From Utricularia gibba (taxonomy: Eukaryota; Plantae; Magnoliophyta), in assembly GCA_002189035.1 (NCBI GenBank), contig CM007991.1:2728001-2792000 (forward strand): 64,000 nt of DNA. The letters run 5' to 3'. The notes below the pieces were generated by a model, which had not been told where the DNA came from, did no database searches, and saw nothing but the letters and a program-made list of their open reading frames with translations. Positions within the stretch are counted from its first letter, which is position 1; every line of letters begins with the position of its first letter. Below are positions 51,661-64,000 of this stretch, in pieces. The position numbers and the translations under genes were made by a program.

Positions 51661-53302
51661 ACTTTCACCGTCAACGCCACATCTCCCCAATCCATCAAGC
51701 GCGTGTCAATCGCGGGATCTAGAAAGCACTGCAGGGACGAAACGAGTTCGGAGAGGCGAGGAAAGAGAGAAAGAACCGACTGACCGTTGCTGCGGCCTGG
51801 GCCATGTTTCTCTGAAATTGAATAATAAATAAATAATATATAAGTACCACGTAAAAAAAAATATTATTTTTATTTTTTTATTAGTAAAAAAAAAAAAAAA
51901 CTTACGAGATGGTTAGTGTATCTTGAAAAGGGATGGGGCCTAGCGAGTCAAGGGAACAAATCACTAATCAGCATAACTGTCGGGTACGCGTGGGACACGC
52001 CCTCCGTGCGAATCAAGCATTGTACCCGGCGCATCCCCTGCTGTACGCGGGGGCGTTTTGAAAAAAAAAAGCAGTGAGTGACAGCTGCACTCGCCGGGTG
52101 AGGGCAACCCGAACTTCATTTCCGTAATAAATTGGCTGAAAAGAAATAAAATAATTTCGAATTTTGAAATAAGATATAATAATAAGAATCTTTTATTGCG
52201 GTAATAAATAAAAATAAATGCCATTATCCTTTTTTGAAAAAGAAATTATTACCGGCGATCTGTTCGCAGTAGATCCACGCACTCGCAATCACCAGCATTT
52301 ATTCTGAAATGGGCATAGCTATCAAGGCGTTTTGATTAGATTTACTGGTAACATTTCTATTTTTGAAAAAAATATTTAAAAAATAAATTAACTAATACAT
52401 ATAATTTTACAAATAATATAATAATATCATTTCTTAAATAACTTTTTAATTTAATTAAATCCTAATTTATTAGTTGAAATTTTCAACTATTTTAACTATA
52501 CCGGATCGATGATGAGGCCCAGCTAAGGGCCCAAGGCACTTGTAATCCCATAGCCTATTTATTTTCATTTATGATGTCCGCTGTTCTCAATCTCTACTTA
52601 GTCGGAAATAAGAAATTGGGTGCGCAGCACAAAAGGGACGGCGGCGCCGGGGTGGCGGCGCAATTACCGACGAACATGGGGCACGAGCTCGGAGCTTGTA
52701 TCGGGTGCAGTTCCAGGGAATTCATACTTACATGCTATGCAGTGTGATAACTGTAATGATGATGAATTCATCCCGGTGTTGGGCTGTGGCTGGCTTCGAA
52801 GTGGAACATAGCGTCATCCTTGGAAGCTTATTTCCTTGAAATGATACAGAAAGCGCATTATGAGGAATTAGCATACGCATAAAAAAGAAGCCTTCTTCTA
52901 CACAAGGAGATGAGCGGTAGAGCATGATTGTGACAGGAAAGTTTCTCACCTTCTTGACAGTTGAAGTATGAAAGATGGGTGAAGAGTGTTCAGGATGGCT
53001 AAACCTATTCCCGAAGTGAACAAATTTGCATGGGATGTGTCAACAGAAGTGCCTGACTTGGTTTTATTTTTTCCAAGTCAAGATATGCAGGTAGGTTATA
53101 TCCATGCCATATGAGAAGGTGCTCATGTTTCATCTGGGCTTTTCAGATCTGCTTACTCTGTCTTGATGTCTTTCTGGAATGGGCAGTTTAAAGCAACTCG
53201 CCCTTCCTAGGAATCAAAGCTTGGTATACAGTATAGTACATACAAACAACTATGAACACACCATCCAGGTGAAAAGAAAAAAAAGAAAGAAAAGGAAACA
53301 GT

Positions 53303-53683
53303 TCATTTGCGCGGAGTCAGAGCCAAAGCTTTAGTCTTGAACCTGTATCTAGGGTTCCTGGGGATTACTTGACTGGGGCCGAAACCGCACTGCCCAGCGT
53401 CATTAGTCAACGGCGGCCCATCGTCGTACACATAACCCACAAGTTTCCCACAGCTATTGCACCTGATTTTGGTGCGGCACCTGTGAATCCCCCAGTAGTT
53501 GACGGTCTCGAAAAAGGGCACGAACTTGCTCTCCTTCTCGAACCTAAATCTTGAAAAGTCTAAGGCGGAGAAGGAAAGCGTGTTTTTGTTACCCGCCTCG
53601 AAGTAGAAATCCGCCGGGAAGAGGTACTCCGGTCGAAGATTGAGGTCGGCGTTACACTCCCCGCACCGGTAGAAAGTCGCCAT
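53303..53683 (-). CDS. At4g08330-like zinc-binding protein (two CxxC motifs), intronless
   Basis: YRCGECNADLNL, FYFEAGNKNTLSF, PFFETVNYWGI, IRCNSCGKLVGYVYDDGPP, RYRFKTKAL. Confidence 0.9.
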   Translation of the reverse strand: MATFYRCGECNADLNLRPEYLFPADFYFEAGNKNTLSFSALDFSRFRFEKESKFVPFFETVNYWGIHRCRTKIRCNSCGKLVGYVYDDGPPLTNDAGQCGFGPSQVIPRNPRYRFKTKALALTPRK

Positions 53684-54772
53684 CTCGATTTGCAGAAAAC
53701 TGCGACCTACTCAAAAAATAAATCATTTTTAATCAAAAAATCTAAAATGGATTACGGAGTCAACGAAAATAATATAATGAAAATTACCCTTAATTATATT
53801 CTAAAAGGAAATATATTTTCCTTTATGTTTTTTATATTTTATATTTTGGACATTTTCACCATTATTATTATTATTTGAATTTTAAAGTTTAGTGATTGAC
53901 TTTCATAATATAGGGGTAATGCACAAATTTAGGCATTAAAAGAGCCCAATGTGGAGACTTGGGAATACGAACATGCAGCCAAATGTGAAGATTTAATATA
54001 TATGAAAATATTTTCATATCAAATACAATAGATAAAGATATGAGAATCTTATCTTTCTTTTTTACCATATAAAGATCCCTCAACTTCAAGCATTATGGAG
54101 CTCCTAGTCACCTTGTTTTGTTTTATCCCTCATGTGTTTTATGTCTTTGAATCAAAGTATACTTTAAACACCATTTGATTGAGAATTTTACGTGAAGTCA
54201 TAATTGTATAACTTTTAATGTGGGGATAATCTGTTAGCATGCTTTTTTTTAAAATATTTAATTCGAGTTTAAATTCTTGTTTTCGTATTGTTTTTTTTTC
54301 AAGTATGTTTTATAGTCATGTGATTAAAATATTAAATTACATTGAAGAATTTAAACTGTGAATATGTTAATTAAAATATATTTTAATTTAAATTGTGTTT
54401 GAAATGTGAGTTGTAGTAGTTAGAATCGCTTAGATACGGTAAGACGAATACTATGTCAAATGTATCTTAAAAAATTAATAGAATCATTTGACTTTAGTAT
54501 ATTCCAATTAAATTTATTGTAAGACTAATTGTTTAAAAATCACTAAACGTAATCTAATTGACTTTGTCTATTTAATGTGTGTAAAAAATAATAATTTTAT
54601 TTAAGGGTGCGTTAATGGTCATTTATGTTTTTGTTTTTTTGTTTTTTTTTAAAGGTGGTGTTCAAATTTGGGTTGGTGTGGGGTCGATGGTGTACCCATT
54701 TCCCCTTCTTTAGTGGAAACGCTTGTTTAGATCTATCTACTCGAGCCCCCAATTTCGAAGCCCTACTCCGCC

Positions 54773-55255
54773 ATGGACGAAGGCCCCCAAGCTTCGTCTA
54801 CTCCAAAATCGGATCTCCCCGCCACCGCCTCCAAGCATGCTTCATTCAGCATCTGGCCTCCAAGCGAGAAGACTCGCGGCGCAGTTAGGGAGCGACTCGT
54901 TGAAACCCTTTCCACGCCTTCCATGCTGTCCAAGAGATATGGTGAGATTTCGCGCGAAGAAGCTGTAGAGATCGCTAGGCGCATCGAGGAAGAAGCTTTC
55001 GGTGCGATGGATTCTTCCGAAAAATCTCTCGACGGCGGGATCGATACCTTGCATTCGTATTCCAAGGAGATTAGTAAGCGAATGCTGGAGAATGTGAAGT
55101 CTAGATCTGCAGGACCACCGGCTGCGGCGCCTCAGGACACCGCTTCTCTTGCTGCAGATTTCGCCAACTCCGTCGATTTGACGGCGGAAGACGACGCGGG
55201 GTCCTCTGCGCCACCCCACAGCGAGAAAACTGAATCCACCGCAGGTGATGACTGA
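54773..55255 (+). CDS. MAF1: WPP-domain protein (MAF1/WPP1-2 type), intronless
   Basis: SFSIWPPSEKTRGAVRERLVETLSTPSMLSKRYG...ARRIEEEAF...YSKEISKRMLE. Confidence 0.93.
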   Translation: MDEGPQASSTPKSDLPATASKHASFSIWPPSEKTRGAVRERLVETLSTPSMLSKRYGEISREEAVEIARRIEEEAFGAMDSSEKSLDGGIDTLHSYSKEISKRMLENVKSRSAGPPAAAPQDTASLAADFANSVDLTAEDDAGSSAPPHSEKTESTAGDD

Positions 55256-55596
55256 AGCTAAGAAATCTACGAAACGCATTAGAAAATTCGCTTTTGGTGC
55301 GGTTTGGCTCATCTCCTTCTTCTCTACTGCTATTGTGGATGCGTTGTTGGGATTTCGTCTCTTTGTGTTTTCCGTTTTGCATTTAAGCCATGGAACTCTC
55401 TATCTTTGCTGTGTTTCATGGCCTAGCGCTCATCTGATCCGTCGACTGTGGTTTTTGTTTGAACTTTGGAGAAGATAGTTGACTTCAATGCTTCCGTTTA
55501 AGAAGAAAACAACTGGATTCTTATAAAATCTGAACTCCATCCGAACAAGATGAAGGTAATCAAAATAATTGCTGCAGAATGGAACGATGAATCACT

Positions 55597-57222
55597 CTAT
55601 TCTGCCTTCTTTTCTTTCTTCACTCTAGGCTTTTGGTAAAGAACAATCTGCCCCAAAATCGTCCCGTTGGTTATAGCTCCAAGCGCAGAGCCAAGAACCA
55701 CTGAAAGTAAGAAGGATGAAAGAAAGAGTTGTAAACCAGGGGCAGAGGATGAGATCAAGATCATCAGCAATGCGACACAAGCAGAGAGAGCAGCAGAATG
55801 TGGTGCGTTTTAAAAAGAGTAACTGTAGGTTGGGAATTACCACTCGTCGGTGCCTTCTCCTGGGTGCCGGTGAAAACCCGAACTGCTCACAAAATGAAAA
55901 CCCAAATGAGTCTAACAACTGCCCACATGAGATGCAGCTAGATTGGACCACTTACCCATGGACCCTCCAAAATTCATCAAAGATGTCAAAAAGCTAAGTT
56001 CCCCAGTTCCCTTGTTCTGCTACCATAGTCGACAGAGATGTAAGCAACGGGAAGGGGCTTACAAAATCACAGAAAACTGACCTTGAAATTTGCAGCAATC
56101 TGTGGAATCCTCGCAAAGAAAAATATGGCATGCTGAGAAGCCTGTTGGGAGTTGAGGTGAAAGTAAGCACAGACATCATAACAGAGTTGGGTCAACGTCT
56201 ATAAAGAAAAACTGTTGAAGCAACACATATATAGCACTCACATATAAAGCTTCAAAGAGAAGGGGATCAATCTGACCAGCCAATACAGTGGGTGCTATGC
56301 CACAGTATCTGCATTCCATTGTTTCAGAGGAAACAAGCATTCACAGAAATAATGGTAGTGGTAGTGTGTGGTCAGGTTCATGTGACGGAAACCATGAGAG
56401 GCAAATCTACTCCAAGGATACAGTAATGCTCTTATCCATGTTAAGGTCCCTAGTGGCTGAGAGAAGTAATAAATGATGGCCACAAGAATTATGCCTGCAA
56501 AATAAGAGATGGACAAGAATCATGTAAATGGTTAGGGGTTTAAATTTTAGGTCCAAGGATCCAGAACCAACCCTAGCAGGAAGAAGAGAAAACCACAACA
56601 AATAAGATCTGTCGAGACACTCTTGACTCAAATAAGCCACGTTGTCATGTTGCAAATGCTTGTCAAGTAATGTGAAATGAGCCGCGTTCTTGCAATACAA
56701 TAATAAGAATGCGGAGAATAAGATACCTTGAACCAAAAGGAAGGCCAGTTCTCCAAATGCTGAAAAGGGAAGCCCTTTGTGCAGGCAGTAAGCCAAAGCT
56801 ATAGTATAGCCAATAACTTCAAGTTCAAACGACACAACACTAAGCCCTCTGACACTCCTAGCTTTCAAAATTTTGATAATCTGAAAAGCGCAGCAAACGA
56901 TATCCAATCAATCCAAACACTAGAAAACTTAACGAAACTAACATGGTCCCTATTCCAGTATAAACCCAAATTACTCGGAAATTCAAAAACCCATTCAACC
57001 AAAACGCAAACATATTGAAGAAAACATACGAGCAACTCGAGATTGATAGTGAAACTAAATGGATCACGGAGTGACCTGCGGGAGCTTCACGGTAGTAGAT
57101 GCGGCAACAATACAGTAACCTAATAGCTTGGATATCAAAGGAAGCAAACAGCTTTGCTCCGGGAATTCGTATTTACTAAGCGAATTCAGCACACAGCTGA
57201 AGTCCATCCCAAGGATCTTCAT
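55597..57222 (-). CDS. MPDU1: Mannose-P-dolichol utilization defect 1 homolog (PQ-loop protein), 8 exons
   Basis: [17 protein letters not shown]|[14 protein letters not shown], second PQ loop ARIPQI, GELSFLT, C-terminal KKEKKAE* (stop 55597). Exon phases are consistent. Confidence 0.92.
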
Positions 57223-57301
57223 CTCGAGTCTCGACCACGACGATCTGTGTTTCCTACGCAAAAATTATGAACGAAAAATTCCTAATTGCCAGTTAATGCA
57301 T

Positions 57302-57372
57302 TGGGCCGGCTCAACGAAGGGAATTTTATTAAGTGAGATGGCCCAACGCATAGAATTCCTATTAACTGGGCC
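57302..57372. promoter_or_regulatory. Three Site II elements in a ~310-bp bidirectional promoter
   Basis: TGGGCC 57302, GGCCCA 57340, TGGGCC 57367, between divergent ATGs at 57222 (-) and 57532 (+). Confidence 0.7.
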
Positions 57373-57531
57373 GGAGGAAAATCGCAAGCCCAGTAATGCT
57401 GTCTAAATATATGGAATTTTCACTGAGCATCAGATTACTGTTGTTCATCGCTAATAGAAGCTTCTGGTGGGGAGGAGAAGGGCGTAGAAACAAAAGCCAT
57501 GCCCTGGTGAAGGAAGGCATAATTTGGAGCA

Positions 57532-58505
57532 ATGAATTCCGGGGATGATGAAATGATGGAGGCGGATGTGCCACCGGCTCAATCGGCTGGCAATTATTCG
57601 ACATCTGGATCTGATGACGTCAAGAATTTGTTACTGATAGCTCGGGAACTCATTGATCAAGGCAAACCGTCGCAGGCTCTGCAAGCGGTAAATTTCTTGA
57701 CTCATTTCTTTAATCCCTTTCTTTGATGTTCGCACTCGTGAATCCTTCTGCTTAGAAATCATTACCAGCTGTAGGTTTACATTTTGGCTCGCAAGAAGTT
57801 TTTATGAACTGAAAACATGTGGTGCGCTTTTTAGTTTTTGTGGATGTGGAAGTGAAAAGTGGTCTGCTGTTTTTCTTTTCTTGTTTCATACTGGGAAGTC
57901 ATCACAATCTAGATTATTTTCATAAACACCCTACATTCTTTTTCCACTGCATTAGTGTCCGATTCTTTATTCATTTGGCATTTATCTACTTGGGAAGACG
58001 TTGATCTTTTTACGCCTTATTCCTTGCGATTGTTGTTGCTATGCTCGTTGATGGTTTGAGGGCAGTATCATGATCCTTCGTTCCATGGCAGAAGATTAAA
58101 GAAAGTTATTTTGCTTTGCGGGAACTGACATGGTTTCCTCCTTTTATGAAGGTGATGCTAGCAACAAAACTTCGAGGTGGAGATGATGCGGTATCCCAAG
58201 TTATAAGCCGGGCACGGAGCTTGTACCTAAATAAAGCTCAAGCCAGTGCTGCTGCGGATGAGTTAGCCAGGGTCTTTGCTGAATGTGCAATAGCTGAAGC
58301 CATACATCCTGAACAGAGTATGGCAAGTCTTGTGAGTGCACCGGATCCCGAAGGGGGATCTTCCATTCTCGCAGAGAGTGGGAGGCAGCAAATTGTGATG
58401 GATGCGTTCTCAGATGGCAGCAGTTTTATCTGCTTGCGTTGTGGTGGACTCATTAGCAACCTTAGAAAAGATGAACACTTCGCAAACTGGTGCCGTGAAA
58501 TCTGA
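57532..58505 (+). CDS. Small conserved plant protein with a C-terminal C2HC/C2H2-like zinc finger (2 exons)
   Basis: Exons ~57532-57687 and ~58152-58505. [20 protein letters not shown]|[31 protein letters not shown]...DEHFANWC. Confidence 0.85.
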
Positions 58506-58569
58506 TTTTGCGGTATTGAAGCTGTCTACAGGTTTTCAACATGAACTCCGAGCGCATTGTTTCTGTTTC

Positions 58570-59400
58570 TTAAAACAGACTTGAACGCTGAACTATCATC
58601 TTCTGTGTAGTATCTTCAAACCTGTACCATCTCCAGGAAACTTTGTAAGTCATAATGGGAATGAGTTTTGTTACACTCCTACACTTCAACTGACTTATTG
58701 GGCCAGTCTGATGATAGCAAACTAAACTCGGGACTGAGTTGTTGGACAGCACGAGCAGAAGAGTGAAAAACAGCAAGTTTTTTTTCAAAGGATTCTCCGC
58801 TGCCCCTTCTCCATTCAGAAAGCTCTCCTATGATCTCAAACTTGTTTCTTGTAGCTTGGCCCTCTTTGCCTTGTAGCTTGTCTCTTTGTCTTGTATCTGT
58901 TGCAGAGTAGCCGGTTAGTTTCTTTGGCCGATCACCAGCTAGGCCAACAAGAAGAACTTCTTTTTGGGACTTGAGGACCAAGTTCATAACACTGTATATG
59001 ATCTGTGAAATCACTCAATCTGGAATCGTTCCACAAAATCGAATCGTCGAAAATGGGCTGGTTCAGCATTTGTGTTCATCAAAGGTTGGATTTTTTGCTT
59101 CTACGTATCACCAGGATGCCTCACGTGTGATGCAAACTGCGTATCTCATGATCCCATCATTTTCTGTGCAGGGCATTTTCTGTGATGAAAGCTGCTTCTC
59201 CTCCGCAATCACGTAGAACCGACAGCAAACATGATTGAGATTGTGCACTGATCTTTACACACAATACCGTACTCTCTTTTGTGGTTTCTCCTTACGTATG
59301 CAGCTAACCAGAATCGTATTTGGGCGACTTTGGAACAGTAGCAGACAATCATCGCATCTGATGTGATCTTCAACCCAACATGATCACACCCATCACCAGC
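58570..59400 (-). pseudogene. Possible decayed gene, weakly resembling F-box/DUF295 (KIB1-4 beta-propeller) proteins
   Basis: One frame runs about 270 codons with only scattered stops and contains CDDCLLLFQ, CRFYVIAEEKQL, LVLKSQKEVLLV, FEIIGELSEW. The resemblance is loose and from memory. Confidence 0.3.
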
Positions 59401-59907
59401 CAACCGCAAAATGAGAGAGCATATTTTCTTACGTCTTCAGCCCTGATGACAAAAACTGTGCATGACTCGGAAATGAGAAAGGGACTGAAAAGGCTTGCCG
59501 ACAATTCAGAATGGTGACCCCCTAACGGATCTTCTGAGCCCATATACATTTATTGTCTCGTAAGTAGTCTCCATTGTCAACAGGTATCCCAACCCTGAAA
59601 AGACTGGATTTTTAGAGGTCGCGATATCGTGTGGGGACTGTACTGTAAAGCTGTGAGTCCCACTTGTGGAAATGAGGAGCACAATCAATTCTGAAAGAGT
59701 AATCTTTATTTGCAGGAGTCCCATCAGTACAGCTTCTCAACTCATGGAATCTACCAGCAGGCAGCGACCTCAGAGGAGAATGGAAGTATCTATTTTTGTC
59801 TTCTTCAAAGGGTTTTTAAAAGTCGCCATGTTTAGCCTATTTTCTGTCTCTGGTGTGAGCCCGATGTTGGAGGGGAGTTAGAGTTGAAGTTTGTATGATC
59901 ATAAGGT

Positions 59908-61717
59908 ATGTCTGATGGTAAAACACTTTCGGATGAGGCTCCTAAGGTGGTCATCGGAATCTGCGCCGCCGCCGCCGTAGTCGTATTCCTAATACTTGTA
60001 CGGCTTTGGTTCATCTCGATAAGAAAGACGAAGAAAAGCTCTCTGTCCTTGGTTCGAAAGACGTCATCAGGTATCCCTACCGTGTCCCGAGAAATCAAGG
60101 AGATCCGTGATGAACAACCCACCAAAGAGTCCACAAGCGACACGAAACCACTCGCTACAGGTGATCTCAGTTCCGAACGGGGTCCTGGTGATCACAGGAT
60201 TCTTCTTGACACGGTTCCTGTTCTGAGCGACGAGCCTCCTGATCCAGCACGGGTGATGCCGGAGGTGTTGAATATGGGATGGGGGAATTGGTTTACTTTC
60301 AGGGAGCTTGAAAATGCTACCAATGGATTTGCTGACGAGAATGTGATCGGAGAAGGGGGATATGGGATTGTTTACAGAGGTTTACTGGAAGACAACACTC
60401 ACGTTGCTGTTAAGAATTTGCTCAACAACAGGTACTTCCCACGGGAAAATCAATCTGAAACTGTGTTTTGTCATGATTTTGATTCCTCTAAACTTCAGAG
60501 GTCAAGCAGAGAGGGAGTTCAAGGTTGAGGTTGAGGCCATAGGGCGTGTGAGGCACAAGAACTTGGTGAGGTTACTTGGCTACTGCGCTGAAGGAAGCCA
60601 CAGGTACTAGTAATTACCAATCAACAAAAATCCCTTTTCCTTCTTCTTCTTCTTATATTGGGGTGTGCAGGATGCTGGTATACGAGTTTGTGAACAATGG
60701 GAACTTAGAACAATGGCTTCATGGGGATGTGGGTGCACATAGTCCCTTAACATGGGAAATCCGGATGAACATCATTCGTGGAACCGCAAAGGGGTACGTA
60801 CAAACACCTCAAATGGACTAGCTCTTGGATACTTAGTTTGCTGGTTTCTTCTCAGGCTGGCTTATCTTCATGAGGGGCTTGAGCCTAAAGTGGTTCATCG
60901 TGATATCAAATCAAGCAACATTTTACTGGACAGACAGTGGAATCCCAAGGTATCCGACTTTGGTTTGGCAAAACTTATCGCCTCCGAGAAAAGCTACACC
61001 ACCACCAGAGTCATGGGAACTTTTGGGTATCCCTCCCTCCCTCACCTGCATCCTCATCCAAATCTTCAACTTCATGCCTTTCTCTTGGTCTTTCTAAGGC
61101 TGTGTGTTCAGGTATGTTGCTCCTGAATACGCTAGCACCGGGATGTTGAATGAGAGCAGCGATGTGTATAGCTTCGGTATTCTGATCATGGAGATCATTT
61201 CTGGGAGGAATCCAGTTGACTATAGCCGCCCCCAGGGGAGGTATCCCTGTATAGAGTGTCTCATTCTCCTCATTTCCACATTTAGTGGTTGAACTCTGCA
61301 TCTGCATATCAAACAATCTCAGGCGAACCTGGTGGACTGGCTTAAAACCATGGTGTCGAACAGGAACTCCGAAGGTGTTGTTGACCCAAAGTTACTGGAA
61401 AAACCTTCTACCAGAGCACTGAAAAGAACCCTTTTGGTGGCGTTACGGTGCATCGATCCAAATGCTCAGAAGAGGCCCAGAATGGGGAACGTCGTGCACA
61501 TGCTGGAAGCCGATGAGTTTTCCTTCCGTCAGGTGTGTGACCATGACATCTCCTGTCCATGCGTTGCCATTTTCTTCGCCACTTGAAAGCTGCTTGTCTG
61601 CAGGAGCATCGGGCCGGACGGGAACCCGGAAAAAGGCCAGCCTCCGAGTCCGGCGACAGCAGCGGCTATGAGAGCAGCGTCCAAACAGGAAGACAGGAGA
61701 TCAGTGAAGAGAAATAA
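59908..61717 (+). CDS. Receptor-like cytoplasmic kinase, RLCK-V (At1g01540/At4g02630 type), 7 exons; one apparent -1 frameshift
   Basis: N-terminal TM segment, [20 protein letters not shown]|[23 protein letters not shown]|YVAPEY, last exon with [11 protein letters not shown] (stop 61715-61717). Phase mismatch at the G4 run 61235-61238. Confidence 0.92.
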
Positions 61718-61992
61718 CGGAGAGGTCACTCACTCCTTTTACAGATGCTCTGCTCTACAAGAACCACACGGCGCTATTTCGGAATTGGTCTGTTTCATGG
61801 ATGCCGCTGCAAATTTTGCGTTGCGATTCCTCGGAAATCTGCCAATGTTATAACGAGAAGCCAAGACTATACACAATGTATAAAACAAAGTTGTATTTAA
61901 TTTTTTTGGCAAGTGCCACTCATCCTTGTACATCCAAAAGCTTGGGAGTGGTGCTATTGGCGACACTCCATCTGCACAATACCCAAAAGAAA

Positions 61993-63966
<1,974 letters not shown>

Positions 63967-64000
63967 CTACAACGAACACAGTATCCATCAAGCCATGAAG

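Noticed and set aside
50705-51832. Plus-strand ORFs of 169 and 134 aa
   Set aside because: Antisense to the Ser/Arg-rich QWRF exon 1.
52724-52731. ATACTTAC resembling the 5' end of U1 snRNA
   Set aside because: It continues ATGC rather than CTGG, and no U1 body, Sm site or USE/TATA promoter is visible.
53690-54700. AT-rich spacer as a possible MITE or Helitron
   Set aside because: No terminal inverted repeats, target-site duplication or Helitron ends could be identified.
54842-55312. 156-aa minus-strand ORF
   Set aside because: Antisense shadow of the MAF1/WPP CDS.
19184-61238. Programmed frameshifting or transcriptional slippage as a shared regulatory system across the frameshifted genes
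   Set aside because: The genes are unrelated, the runs vary from 2 to 5 nt, and no common slippery heptamer or downstream structure is seen. Homopolymer sequencing error is more parsimonious.

Overview
Eukaryotic nuclear DNA from a flowering plant, very gene-dense: 21 protein-coding genes and 2 probable gene relics in 64 kb, short GT-AG introns, short spacers, and no recognisable transposon, rRNA, tRNA or CRISPR sequence. Gene order: EMF1-like (+), NPF/PTR transporter (-), pfkB kinase (-), two tandem CDKA copies (-), HSL3-like LRR-RLK (+), PLS-E PPR (-), KH/FUBP-like (-), GLDP (-), FTSH4 (-), YLS8/DIM1 (-), SLC25A44-like carrier (+), Rf-like P-class PPR (+), SPS (-), collapsed At4g38150-like PPR relic (-), QWRF protein (-), At4g08330-like protein (-), MAF1/WPP (+), MPDU1-like (-), small zinc-finger protein (+), possible F-box/DUF295 relic (-), RLCK-V kinase (+), TGS1 (-, runs off the window). 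Best leads: (1) a tandem CDKA paralog that keeps its catalytic residues and PSTAIRE but differs at about 31 of 294 residues, including gatekeeper F80L and likely cyclin- and CKS-contact positions; (2) an NPF1-type transporter that has lost the ExxE[K/R] proton-coupling motif; (3) a 9-bp stop-to-stop CDS overlap between the RLK and a PPR gene; (4) a 40-aa candidate conserved-peptide uORF upstream of the mitochondrial carrier; (5) a 525-bp five-motif duplication inside the Rf-like PPR. Main caveat: 8 apparent frameshifts in 6 otherwise intact genes can all be read as single-base deletions in G/C runs, which most likely reflects assembly error. I found no convincing wholly new multi-gene system. 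All family assignments come from recalled motifs, not database searches, and exon boundaries were read by hand.
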